From: Octopus vulgaris
Taxonomy: Eukaryota
Direction of reading: 5' to 3'
Length of the DNA: 64,000 nucleotides
Assembly (NCBI GenBank): GCA_951406725.2
Contig: OX597822.1
Location: forward strand, 22,196,001 to 22,260,000
Part shown: positions 39,184 to 52,050 of the stretch, piece by piece
Layout: each line of letters begins with the position of its first letter
Numbering within the stretch: the first letter of the stretch is position 1
Translations under genes and position numbers: made by a program
The notes under the pieces: model-generated
What the model saw: only the letters and a program-made list of their open reading frames with translations
Told to the model about the DNA's origin: nothing
The model's database searches: none

Positions 39184-41619
39184 TATGTATGTATGTATGA
39201 GTATATATAAAGATATGTATGTATATATAAATATATATACCAGTTGAATAAAGTTAAAACATGGTCTAGTTTTCTCATTTTTCATTATGGTATTTTAACA
39301 TTAAAAATATATTTTGTAATGCTTATATGTATATATGTATGTGTATATAAATATGTATGTATATATGTATGTGTATATAGATATATATGCATATATAAAT
39401 ATGTATATGTGTGTATATATGTATGTGTATGTACGTGTGCATGCATGCATGAATGTTTATATCTGTGTGTGTATGTGATTGCTACAAAACTCATTTATTA
39501 CCCAGTTATTAGATAATCCTTTCCTCTTTTATCTTTTCATCAGGAGGGAAAGCAGTAGACCTGACCCTTCAAAGGTCCTCTGAGATTGATGAGAGTGAGG
39601 GTGGGAGAGAAGAGGGTATCCTCAAATCAGAGACCTTGTCCTAATGCTTGCAACAGAGTGAATCCTGCAAAAGGTTCCCAAGGTTCCAGATAGGGGTGTT
39701 GAACCAAGCAATGGATTAAGTCCATTAGCCATGTAATCCATGACAGGATTTCAACTCAGAATGCAAGAAATCTGGAACAATTATTACAAGGAATCTGGTC
39801 CACTAATCCAATGTTTTAAATTGATTGGTACTTTCTTTAATGAGCCTGAAAGTATGAAAGAAAAAAGTGCTTCAGTGGAACTTGAACTCAGAGTGCAGAG
39901 TGTTAGAAAAATTAATGCAGCTGACACTGCAATGATTCTGCTAATTCATTGCATTATTATAAACTGTAAAGCAAAGAATACAGATAGTTGATGTTTAACT
40001 AATTATATCATGAACAAAGAACACAACTAAATATCAAAATGGGTTTTGTTAGTGCTAATACATCATATGATTGTGATGTTACATCATATGAAGTTTTCTT
40101 ACGTAGACAGCCAGTCTCATGCTTTCAGGGAATAGAAGTGAGAAACAATTATTATGTTCGTATGTTTTTTGTAAATATCAGCAATATTGGTGAAGTGGTT
40201 CAAGTGGGAACTGAAATTAACTACCAGTCAATGATATAACAATATCATGATGCTGGTAATTACCAAAACTATACAATCACTGGCGCCTCTTGTTTCTTTT
40301 ACGAATAATTGAACAGTCTCTGTCTAGGTCTAAAATATATTCAGTCAAGCAATTAGGTACCAATTCCCAACTCTAAAATGTAAATGGTATGTTCACAGGA
40401 ACAATATACTGGGGTTTATGCACCACAAGTGATTAAGGAAGTGGAAGAACAAATACCCTTCACCAGTTGTATTCACTTTGCCCCTGTAGTGGGATGGTTT
40501 GCAAAAGATGTTGTTGAGGTAGCAGATGAAATAGGCATGTAGACAGCATCAACATAAAACAATGGGAAAGCATCAGATTGTGGTTTAAATAATTTATTTA
40601 ATCGACACTTGCATTTACATATTTTATACACCAAAACTTCACTACATGACATTACCAACTTACTTCAAGTTGGCAAAGTAGAAAGTAAACAGGGAAAATA
40701 CTGTTTTGTGTCTGTGTGTGCGTTGGTCATTCAGTCATGTATGTTTATGTTCTGTGACTGCTACTGTGTTGGGTCGTTCATGCTGAATATGTGGTTCTAT
40801 GTTGGCTGCTTGACTGGCGCAAGTTGACTGCTGGCTGTCTGCTTGTCTCTTGATCGTTTACCTGGTGATGGTTATCTGCCCTCTGTTGTATGTCTGACTG
40901 TATTTATAATAGTCATGACAGTTGCACAGGTGTAATTTTTACCTATGTAGCTCACCTCCTGTCCACTTGAACCTTAAATGACACAGTTCAGGTCATAGGT
41001 TGAAAGGAAATCCATCCATCATATGACAGGACAAAGAAATTTCTTTCACACCTGTTTGGCCAGTGGTGGGTCAGACAAGCGAGAATCCTTAGATTCAGTT
41101 TCAAATCTCAGCTTGGAAAAAGGAAGTGTTAGTTTTTACACCCCTTACTCCTACTATAGCTACTTCCAATAACTGCAGACATACATGTACAGCCAGGACA
41201 GTAGAAAAACAGTTAGGATGTTTACATTGTAGTCCATATGATAAATCGTTTTATAATGTTATCCTCAACTACTCAGAGTTAGGTCATATACAAAGAAAGG
41301 TGTCTGTGTACTGCACCTCACCTTTTAATTAAGTAACTAATTAAGAGCCAACAAGGGAGCCTTTACATCATTGCTCAGCCTGCTAGAAATAGTGGCCAAA
41401 TCTCCTTTAGATCATATTTTGAATGAAGGAACCATTGTATAATGCTAAATGCACTACATCTGAAAAATAAGACAGGATGGTTACAGTTGGATTTCCTTTG
41501 TTATGTTCTAAAGTGATGAGGCATGATATTTTATTGGAGTAGAAACTCAGATGAAATATTTGTATGTTTGACACTTAAATTATTGAAATTTATTAAACCT
41601 CAGCATTTTATTCTGTGAC

Positions 41620-42400
41620 TTAGACTTCAATCCTCTCTCATTGGGAGACATGTAAGGCAGCAAGCTTCTTCAAGCTTGGTTGATCTATGCTTTTCTCTGG
41701 CTGTATAACCTGTCTTCATGCATTTAAAGTCTTCCTGGAATGTGTGACACCAGGGTGATGTTGGGCCACCCTATGTTCCTTCTTCTGATATCCATGTCAT
41801 TGTAGTCTTTGTATGTTAAGTGACTGACAAGTACATTATCTGAGCTGCCAAGTATCACTGACACAGTGCCGTGATGTTTTGTTGTGGCTATGATTTGCTT
41901 CAGAAATGGATTTCTTCATTTCTAATTCCATCTTGGGAGGATAGTTTGAGGATGTTTTGAAGACAATGATAGCAGAATGTAACTAGTTTCTTGACCACCT
42001 TCACTAACATTTTCTGTTTTACTGCCATACAAAACCATTGGTAGAATAGTTGTAGTATATACTTTGCTTTCATGTCCTTGTTCCACGTCCTCGTGTTGTG
42101 TTTTTTTGTGCTTTCATGTTTGTATTAACTTTATATACTTTGTATGTTGGACTATGGTCCCTGCTTTGCCAATTCTGCTCTTTATATCACTTACAATACT
42201 TAGTTGTATGAGGTGTAAAAATTTCTCTCACTACATATCTGTGTTGTAGAATTTACACTCAACCACACAACTTGTTAAATATTCATTTGCAAATTATGAG
42301 AGGACAGTTGTTGAAAAGCAGAATGTTGTACTGTACTTAGGCATACAATGCAGTTATTGGCATCATTGAGCTTATCTGTTCAAGGCTAAGTGAAAAGATA
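41620..42400 (-). mobile_element. Highly degraded RTE-like LINE 3' fragment
   Basis: Minus-strand remnants 'YTTTILPMVLYGS' and 'TKTTMTWISEEGT*GGPTSPWCHTFQEDFK' resemble the RTE ORF C-terminus. Confidence 0.5.
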
Positions 42401-42699
42401 AGAAACAGTGAACATGATATTTGCACACCCTATGAATGAAGATTACTGCAATTAATGGCAATGTTGTTCCACTTGAATGTCTATAGATAAATGTTTGTAT
42501 GACAAAAATGAGCTGAAAGAATGGAAGAGTTGCATTTAGTGAAGGAAGGATTAAGTGTAGTAATTAGTGTAGGCTTAGAAACTGAGTCTGAACAGGAACA
42601 ACAGCAGGAAGACAGATAAGTGTAGTAATATTTACATTTGCTGTGCAATTCCCCTGGCCTTGTAGGATGTGATATAGGGAGACTTTATGAAAAAAAAAA

Positions 42700-42866
42700 C
42701 AAAAGATGAAGACAGGTGGTGTACAAAACAAACAGATGTATTAGTATAACGCTCAAGAATAGAAAAAGTCTTTTACGTTTCGAACCTATGCTCTTCTACA
42801 GAAAGGGACACAGAAAAAACAAGGAGAGAAAAAAATGTGTGTAGTGGCTAACGATCTATCATGGCG
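42700..42866 (-). mobile_element. Short non-autonomous Penelope-like repeat with hammerhead-like motif
   Basis: Minus strand: cttt-ctgtaga-a-gagc(atag)gttc-gaaa-cgta-aaag; homologous to 2400-2665. Confidence 0.55.
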
Positions 42867-43697
42867 ACTGGATGTAATATATATGGCCTTGTAGAATATG
42901 GTATGTATGGTTCAGTAGGATATGTATCGTCTTTTAGGCTGTGATATTCATGGTCATGTAAGATGTGACTTGTTCAGACATATGTGTGAATATGACACAC
43001 AGGTTCTTATTACATATGGTATATATGGTTTTGTAAGATATAAACATGGTTATGATATTTATGGTTTGTATATTTTTCACAGGTGCTGCATTTTTTATAT
43101 CAGTTTGTGTGAATTTGCTTATCTATTGTTCTACAGTATGGTTTTTACATTATCTGTTATTAAGTAATGTTTATTTCATATGTTAGATTTTCTTATTTAA
43201 GCTTTTTCACTGAATGAAAAATTAAAAGCTGATCAAAGAAGTGATTTCACTATAGATATTTTGTATCTTTGGTGACACTCATTATCGCTTCACATATATA
43301 AGCAATACTTAGAATTGTTTTTTTTATCAATACTAAGTTGTTCTATGTGCTGTTGTTTATTTCTTTTTTATTCCTGATGTTATTATGGTCTGAATTGATG
43401 CTAGATCTAGGTTGCATTGTAAATATAAAGTTGGAATAGTTAAAAAAGTCTTCTTTAATTCCATCAACCTCTTCATGTGTAATCTGTCAATGCCACTACA
43501 GTGTAATGAGTGGGTATGTTTAGAAATTATTTTATTTTCCATGCAAGCCATATACAATTTGAGCTATCATGGGGGACTCATAACAACTTCATCCTTCTTG
43601 CCTAGGTATATATCTTAGCTTGGGCAAAGCAGAAGGGCACATTTGCTGTCAACAAGGATATAGAAACATTTTAAGGGTGTTTCTTTGTGGATTAATA

Positions 43698-43838
43698 TTA
43701 GGTTGTCCCAAAAGTTTGTAAACTCTTGCGAAAATTGAATTTTTACTCGCCAAGTACTAACAAAAACAACAAAAATTATTCCTCAAAATAAAGACCATTA
43801 TTTTCCAAGACTTTCTACGAACATTTGGGACAACCTTA
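43698..43838 (-). mobile_element. 141-bp mariner-derived MITE
   Basis: TIRs ttaggttgtcccaaaagtttgta / tacgaacatttgggacaacctta, TA on both sides. Minus strand retains the transposase end VLENNGLYFEE*. Confidence 0.88.
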
Positions 43839-44704
43839 TAGTATGATGTGTGTAAGCATTATTCAAGATAATGTTTATAGTTTCCATTACTGGGACACTG
43901 TTGAACAGATTTTTGACATACATAAAGGAAATGAGGACAACTTTATCAGTTCCCTATAGAATTTCTAGTAATTCCTCAGGTGCTATATCTCTCTAACAGT
44001 TTTTAATAATGTTAATCTAATGGGGAATCTAATTGCAAGTACAATGATTTCGAAGACTAAGGATCAGAGAGACCTACTTAGTTTGTGTATTTTAATAGTA
44101 CCATAATTTTATGCAATGTTAAAATCACTTTCTCTCAGCTGCAAAGGGGCATAACCCTATTTGAGTATTATTGTCAATAATAAATTTAATTTTTGGCTGA
44201 GCAGAATCATTTTTCTTAATTTTGATAAATATGCTGTAATAGTGATTATTATTTTTGTTATATATTCATATTTGTTTACAATCATGAAAAACGGGTTGCT
44301 CTTGTCACTTTTTTAAACTACAATATTTTCATTATTTTTCAATTTCTGTAGAGCTAATTGGAGCCTCTCATTGAGTACAGTTTTCTTGTGTTTATATGGC
44401 TGATTACTGCATTAAACCTTTGATCATTATTGTTTGTGTTCAACTTTTATGATATTTTTGATGGAATGATAGAATAAGGCATATTGAACCTTCTTATGTT
44501 TATATTTGATGTGGGCTGTAAAGCTTAGATTCAAGAGTTTAAGTTTGATCAGGATTGAGAGACTTATGTAAGAGGTTAAAGAATTTGTTTTTATGTATTG
44601 GCAACAATATTTCCAGTTATAGAAACTGTTAAGCTTCTACATATTGTTCTTTATCCAACACAAGAGCCAAGCCTGTATATTATCAGAGGCTGAGAGGATA
44701 TTAC

Positions 44705-44907
44705 TTTTATTCTTTTATTTGTTTCAGTCATTTGACTGTAGCCATACTGGAGCACTGCCTTTAGGCGAGCAAATCGACCCCAGGACTTTTTCTTTGTAAG
44801 CCTAGTACTTATTCTATCGGTCTCTCTTGCCGAACTGCTAAGTGACGGGGATGTAAGCACACAAGCATTGGTTGTCAATGGTTGGGGGGACAAACACAGA
44901 CACACAA

Positions 44908-44973
<66 letters not shown>

Positions 44974-45135
44974 GATGAGCTTCTTTCCCTTTCCATCTAC
45001 CAAATCCACTCACAAAGCTTTGGTCAGCCTGAGGGTATAGTAGAAGACATTTGCCCAAGGTGTCACACAGTGGGACTGAACCTGGAACCATGTGGTTGGT
45101 AAGCAAGTTACTTACCACACAGCCACTCCTGTGCC
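44705..45135 (-). mobile_element. SINE family A, full length with expanded internal (CA)n
   Basis: Reverse complement of 57728-58125; (CA)n at about 44913-44969. Confidence 0.92.
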
Positions 45136-46379
45136 TATAACTTAATAAACATTTTTTATTTTATGTTTTTTGATGCCTCTATTTTCGATGAACAATTTCC
45201 ATTGATCATTCTTTGTTTATTCTGCATTGCAATGTCTATTTGATGTCCAATCAACATTTTTCAGAATTCTGCAGTGCAGTGTGCATTTGCACTGTTTCAT
45301 CATGCAAACAAGCAAAAAAGAGAATACATGTAGCAACTGATTTCTCTTTATTTGATTTCATCTTGGCAGATACACTCAATCAAATTTATCTGAATATTCT
45401 TATCCATGATATTCTCTTTCATACCTCAAATTTCGATTGAAGGTTGGACATGTGAAACCCAGAATCACAAAATTTCAAGATTCAGGTTTATATATATATA
45501 TATTCTCAGATGTTGAAATATTTTCAGCAGATCGGCGAGTAGTCTCTGCAATACAAGAGCCATCTCTGCAGTGCTTTTTCCTTTCTTTTATACACACACA
45601 CACGTTTTTTTTCTTTTTATTTCTTCACTTAATTTGAGTAGACCTTGTTATTCACTTTGAGTCACCAGAGAAGCTTTGATAATGCTATAGATGTCAATTT
45701 CTTTACTGTATCTTCTTTTGAATGATCCTTCAGGCATTCCAATATACTTTTTGATTTCTATTGTTCCATGATTATTTTTAGAGCTGACATCCCCTTCTAT
45801 AAACTATTCCTTTGGTGTTGCAAGCATGGTTATGCAGGCATATCCCTTTGTTCTTATAGTTGTGTTTATCATTTGTAGATATTCTAGATATGCAGGCAGA
45901 AAATTCTTTTAATATTTGGAGGGCTATGCTGTGTCACTTGCAAATATTTTCAATTGAAAATGGATTTATAACTTGGAAAATGTTTGCTTGTCAATTCCAG
46001 GAACCTTTATCCTATAATACTTTTTATATTTAAATTTTGAGAGAAAGCAGGGTCAACACAAATAGTCTTGTAGAGCCAAATTTGGATTGGCATGTATTTA
46101 AAGCAATATTGCTCATAAAGGGATGTGTTTGTCTTGTAAAATATTTAGTATATATATTTTTTAATGTTATCTTTTCATTGGAATATAACATGCATGCATA
46201 TGATACACATATAATTCAAAGTCACATTAAATATATAAATCTAAAACGCAGAGAAATAAATGGAAAAAGAAGAACAAAGAAAGAAAAAGAAAGAAAAAAG
46301 AGAAGGAAAATAGAAAGAAAGACACATCAATTCAACAGCAAATTTCTCAGTTGGTCACATGTCATAAAGTTGAATAGAA

Positions 46380-46750
46380 TCAACTGAAGCAAGCCAGCAT
46401 GCTTGTAGCACTACCATGGGTGATGGTGAGGCTAAGACATGGCAGCAGCCTCATGGCATCACCTGACACCTTGGTAAGGGGAACAGCTAGTGTTATCAAG
46501 AACTTCACTGTTAGTGGCCCAGCCCTTCCAAACATTTCAAACACCACAGGCTGGAAGAAACGGTTCACTGACAGGTCCTGATACTTAAAGATTTTGTTCT
46601 GTTTGGCTACGGAAGCAGTGACCCTTCCATTTACTGCAGCATCTAGGATGTGGGAAAGAGAAAAGGAGTCACAGACTGCGGTGTCCCCAGCTGAGGCAGC
46701 TGCCTCTTTGAAATCTCAGGTCCAAGTGCCCCACCTGGCAACTGCCAAAG
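46380..46750 (-). mobile_element. CRE-like non-LTR retrotransposon 3' fragment (restriction-like endonuclease C-terminus)
   Basis: Minus strand, one frameshift: FQRGSCLSW/DTAVCDSFSLSHILDAAVNGRVTASVAKQNKIFKYQDLSVNRFFQPVVFEMFGRAGPLTVKFL...LSLTITHGSATSMLACFS*. Matches the 'WDxT..D...K..KY..L...FxPxxxETxG...LSxxIQRGNAxS' pattern. Confidence 0.75.
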
Positions 46751-48095
46751 CAACTAAAGCTTGCATGGAACAGCATTATAGTTGTACAATGCTAATAACA
46801 ACCTTTCCTATCTTTACTCCCATGTATAAATGTAGGCTGTGATTTCAATATACAGGGCATACATATGAAACTTAGATATGTCATGTATACACCATACATA
46901 ACACAGTGACCTTCCATGTGGTATGAAACTGTGTTTTACCTGCTTTTGAACCTTCCTTTGAAGACATGTTTTGCTAAAGAGCTTTAGTAATACAATGCTG
47001 CACTGCCAAAATATCTTTATTGCAGTATAGATATGAGATTCTTGTACTGATTTTATGGATTAGGTGCCTTAAAATAATAGGCAGGTGGTAAGCTTCTTTA
47101 TTGATATATACATACATATACACACATGCACATTCATATGCCTGTCTGTGTGTGTGAAGTAATTTTTAAATATCCTTTGTCAAAATAAATAGCAAAACTT
47201 GAAAAGCAGTTAATATTTGAAAGTGTAATTAAAATATTAAAATATTGTGAAAAATGTACATTTTGGAAATAGAGATTCTTTATAATTACAACCCTTTCAA
47301 TTGCAATTGATTAATTTTAAATTACATAAGCACATGTTCTCATTAAGATATGTAAATGACTAAGATAAGAAATATTATTCTACTGCTTTGTTTTTATTGA
47401 ACTGGTGCATTACATAATTAATTTATCTAACTAATATTTTTAATGTTTATTGGGTTATTTAACTTTATAATATATTTCTGCATATTACTGAATATGCTTG
47501 CCTGATTGTATATATATATGTTGTGATATGTAGAACTACCTAGTTACGTATACATATTACAGTATATCTCATTTTGATAATACTAAACGTTAATTTAATT
47601 TTTGAACTTCCCAGTGACTTCAATCATTCCAATTACACATCAATCAGAAATACATATCTGCCATTCTCTATGAGTAATCATCATGATAATCTACATCCCA
47701 CTATATTCCAACTTCTTCCTTAAACACACATGTTATAAAAATACTATCATTTGCTATTTATTTTGCGATGATTCAATGGCAATCATACATATTAAAAATT
47801 CATCTGCCACTGATATGATATACCTTTCTTTATGGCACACATATATGAAAGAATACGAATGGAGCCAGAAGGAGCAAAAGAAGAAATTTGAAGATTACAT
47901 AAATGTAACACTAAAAATGCTCTCAGTGATTCTTCAGAACCGTTTGCTTTCTCAATTGGAGTGGAGTGCTTAAGAAGTTTGATTTGAAACTGTATTGTTT
48001 CAGTTCAGAAAGTAATATTTCAAATGCAGTACAGCTGGGAAAACAGCTGAAAGATTGAGTATTTTACCTTTAAATGACAGAAAAAGATGTCGGCA

Positions 48096-48167
48096 GATAG
48101 CCACAGGACTCAAACTTGTAACTCTGAGGTACTGGCTGAGTACTCTACCAATTAAACTAAACTGCCC
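48096..48167 (-). pseudogene. tRNA-like sequence (tRNA pseudogene or head of another SINE family)
   Basis: Minus strand gggcagtttagtttaattggtagagtactcagccagtacctcagagttacaagtttgagtcctgtggc has an A box and B box with tRNA spacing, but stems are imperfect. Confidence 0.5.
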
Positions 48168-48220
48168 ATTGATAACAATTTTTTGCCAAATTAAATGTTA
48201 ATACACATGTAAACTAACTT

Positions 48221-48274
<54 letters not shown>

Positions 48275-48276
48275 TA

Positions 48277-48963
48277 TAGTGTGCAATGGGTAAATTGTTG
48301 CCATTTTATATTTTTAATTTTGTGCATGTGCATCGTTTGTTTTTGATTTTGTTGACTGTACAGTATAGTAGGGTCAGTTGGATAACTTCTGTGAGGAAAA
48401 CAACACCATGACACAATTCACTTTGCCAGAAATTTGGAAATGACATGCTGTACTGCTTGGCATTCACCCATAAGTCCCAATATGAACATTTCAGAATGTC
48501 TGGGTGTCAATCTGAGGACATTCACCAAGAGTGATAAAAACCAAACATCTACTCATCGTCATGGTCTTTGGAGTAATCACTAGTGATGATGACATTATGC
48601 CTCCATTTATCTTCTTGCACAGCTTCACACTCAACACAAAAGCCTACATCAAGTGCCTGGAGGAGGTAGTGCTGCCCTGAGTGAAGAGGGTGGCTGCTGG
48701 AAGACCCTATGTCTGTCAACAGGACTCTGCACCATGCCACACAAGCAGGAGAACCCAGTCACGGCTGTCAGACAATTTCTGCCATGCAGTGGGGCTGAAC
48801 CTGGAACCATGTAGTTGGGAAGCAAGCTTCTTACCACACAGACACTCCTGCATTTATATTTCAAGATATTTTTATGTAATTTTGGTAAATATATCTGTTA
48901 AAATGAGATGTCCGTTTTATTTTCATTTTTTGTAATTTAGATGATAGTTTATGCAGCACACCG
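48277..48963 (+). mobile_element. Deleted maT/DD37D-type Tc1-mariner element, interrupted by a SINE A head fragment at about 48781-48850
   Basis: Translation MVFGVITSDDDIMPPFIF...AYIKCLEEVVLP*VKRVAAGRPYVCQQDSAPCHTSRRTQ, with the QQDSAP second-Asp motif; degenerate TIR-like ends. Confidence 0.8.
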
Positions 48964-49155
48964 TATATGAGTGTGTGTGTGTGTGTATACTTAGACACTA
49001 TACAAATGTATGTGAATGTATCTCTGTAACCTTTTACATTCTATACACTTTGCATGGAAAAGTGCTGAATTATTAGTTGGGAAATTTGTTATTTTCTCAA
49101 CAAATTATCCAGTCATATATGTGTGAGTGTGTGTTTTTTTAAATTTTATATAAGA

Positions 49156-49193
<38 letters not shown>

Positions 49194-49196
<3 letters not shown>

Positions 49197-49530
49197 TATA
49201 TAAAATCCATTCTGTCCGTCTGTGTGTGTGTCTTCTAGGATCTCGGGCCTCCTCCATCTGATTGCACTCAAATTTTATATGCAGATACTGACGGTATCAG
49301 GGCATGTATAAGTCTTGAAAAAATTACAAAAAATGATTCCAGGTGAGAATGCAATCGATAAAGCATTCGTTGGAATAGAAAAAAAAGTCTATCTTTATTT
49401 CTTCTCTTGCTGGTGTCTCAAATTTAGGTTAAATCAGTGTTTCTCAAAGGGGTGTCCTATGGATAAGTTGTTGTGAGAAAATTTGATTTAAATGTTTGAC
49501 AACTCAGCACCGTCTGTTGGACGTGGGGGG
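49194..49530 (+). mobile_element. Probable non-autonomous Helitron 5' portion
   Basis: Starts A|TCttatataaaat followed by a ctgtccgtctgtgtgt microsatellite and 'ctgattgcactcaaatttt', the usual layout of invertebrate Helitron 5' ends. No CTAG 3' end seen. Confidence 0.5.
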
Positions 49531-50519
49531 GGGATATATTGCTATATATATATATATATAAGGAGAATAGGACAAGGTAGAAAATTTTTATCATGAAGAA
49601 CATTTTAGTACCAGTTTCAGTCTTTGCGACTTTTTCAACTTAGAGTAAAGCATGAAAAACAATTAAACTGTGGGAAAATTAAATGAAATGTCTTTTAAAA
49701 ATATTTACATAGTTTTCAAATACATGGGACATTTCTCTTTTTGCTGTCTCTCTCTTTTACTTTTGTGAAGGCTTGGTGGGTAGGCCATAGCAGATCTGAA
49801 GAAATAGATACATACATACACACACAACACACACACACACACATACATACTCTCACACATATTTATCCTGCATGCTAACTACAGAAAGTGGGCTGTAGGA
49901 GGAGAGGAGATTTCATAGAAAGTGCTCCAGCATAGCCAGTCCTTGCTGTGAAGTTAGCAAAAGAGTAAAAGGATCAATTTGCATGCACAAAAGACCATCG
50001 TTGATAATGATAACACATACCACACATGAAACTAACACAACAACTCACATATATTGCAATAATTAAAGGTATTTATCATTCTAATATATTTTATTGTCTG
50101 CTATGAAGATAAACAATTATTTGTTTCAAATAACGCTTTATATTTTATTAATGCTCTGACATCATTATTATCCTGTGTTTATTTTTATTTTTTAGGGAAT
50201 ACTGAAAGCACAACTATTTTTCTATATTTATACAATGCATTTCTGTTATCTATTTATTTATTTATTTATCTATTTATTTTTCAATTGTTGGCAGTAGCTT
50301 AGAAATTGCTGGAAACAGCCATTTGAAACTACACAAACTGTTGAAATCTATAAAGTCAAGTCATACAACTATTTCTTTTCATTAATTTAATGATGGCATG
50401 TTGGTTCCTGACACTTTTTAAAATGTTAAAAAATAAACAAGGAATATATAAAATATGTACATTTTATATTTAATTTCATTATGTTGACAGATTGTTATTT
50501 CTATTAAACTTTTGAACAG

Positions 50520-52050
50520 CTGTTGCTACATTATATGAGGTTGTTTACCCTTGAAGGAGTGAGTAAAATTGCAGAGCATTAAAATAGAACAGTTGTGGGA
50601 GTATGTGTAACAGTAATGCCATAATCAAAGCTTGGTGAGGAAGGAGGAATATATTTAAGGCATGAGAAGAGATTCTACAGAAGTATTTCATCAGTGAAGC
50701 TTTCAAGTCCTTTCTTGAAATGTGGTTTTGAGACCATGATAATAAATGATGTGTTATTTGAGTCAAGTTTTACCTTTCCAGCCAGTTCTCACTAACACAC
50801 AAACCAGCTATGTTTCTAAAGTACAACTCTTTCATGATCTAACTCAACTGCCTTATAATCCAGCTTCCAAGATCACTTATAAAGTGATCTTGAAAGCAGT
50901 CTCTCCACCAGTTATTCCCATAACAAAATATAGAATAGCAATTATTTAAACACTTAATAATTTTTTGTCATTTAGGTATAAGGCCAGAGAAAAAAAGTTA
51001 GAGGGTTGGCCAGTGCCTTCAATCTCAGTATTTAGTTTACTGACACTATTACTTTGGTTTACCAACCCCAGACACAGGAAAGAAAAGCTGACCTTGAAAA
51101 TATCTGAACACAGAATGCAAAGAGCTGAAAAATACTGCAAAGCAATTTATTCTGATGCTCTGATGATTCTACTTGCTTACTGCCTTATTCAAGCACAAAT
51201 AATGAAAATAGTGTTTAGTACTGACTCATGGCTAAAAATACTGGGATGTCCAGAAAGTTTGGCAAGCTATTTCATTCAATGGAATTTTGTATCAATAAAC
51301 TGTGGTACTTCAGAAGGCATCAGCATCCAGCTGCCTCCATTCAGTATAGCTAAGTAATGTCTGTTGTGTTTTAATAAGGCAATCAGAGGAAGAAGAACAA
51401 TGGTCATTATCAATGAAGACATTACCAGATAGGCCTAATTCTTGAAGATTCCATCCACTTTGGATATCTGTAGGTCAATTTTGGGAGAAAATAAATGATA
51501 TGGTCAGCCATAGTTGGAAAGGGAAAAACCGATTCCTTGTTGAGAATTGTAAGATAACACAGAGTATCTTTGAACTGGTTGAAGCATGGTGGTGATCAAA
51601 TATTTGTAAACCAGTAAAACAAGTATCTTTTGAATGTGGTCTAAAATATTAGGATGTTCACATGCAGTAGTGATACAACAGAAGATGAATAACCAGTATT
51701 CCATTATGGATTATTCTTTTTGAATACAGCAAAATGATGTATTGAAGAGTGTTTTAAAGTAAAAGTGCCAGACATTTGAAAGAAAATTTTTCCTTGGTAA
51801 CAAATGATAATAAAATATTTTTGGATAAACATCTGAATATGCCAAATGGTTGATCTTTTCAGAAAGATTATGACCTAATTCATATATGGCAAAGTATGAC
51901 AGTTTCCTTTATGCGACCAGATCTCAGTCAAATTGAAAAGATAGGTTTACATTTAAGGGGGCAAAGATAATGAGAAGCAAATAACATCAAAGAGAATAAT
52001 GAGGAAAGTCATTAAGCAGATAAAAGAAAGCAATTCTAGGAAGCTTCTAA
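50520..52050 (-). mobile_element. Possible very old LINE (CR1/L2/Jockey-like) remnant
   Basis: Non-repetitive purine-skewed stretch with only weak RT-like peptide traces on the minus strand; no intact motif. Confidence 0.25.

Noticed and set aside
45437-45637. Peptide 'EIFSADRRVVSAI' resembling the next expected aminopeptidase exon (xFSxxDRAxLI)
   Set aside because: Lies upstream of the GFYRVNY exon (wrong order), similarity stops after a few residues, and there is no suitable donor.
48096-48167. Functional tRNA gene
   Set aside because: Acceptor and anticodon stems do not pair properly; kept only as a pseudogene or SINE head.
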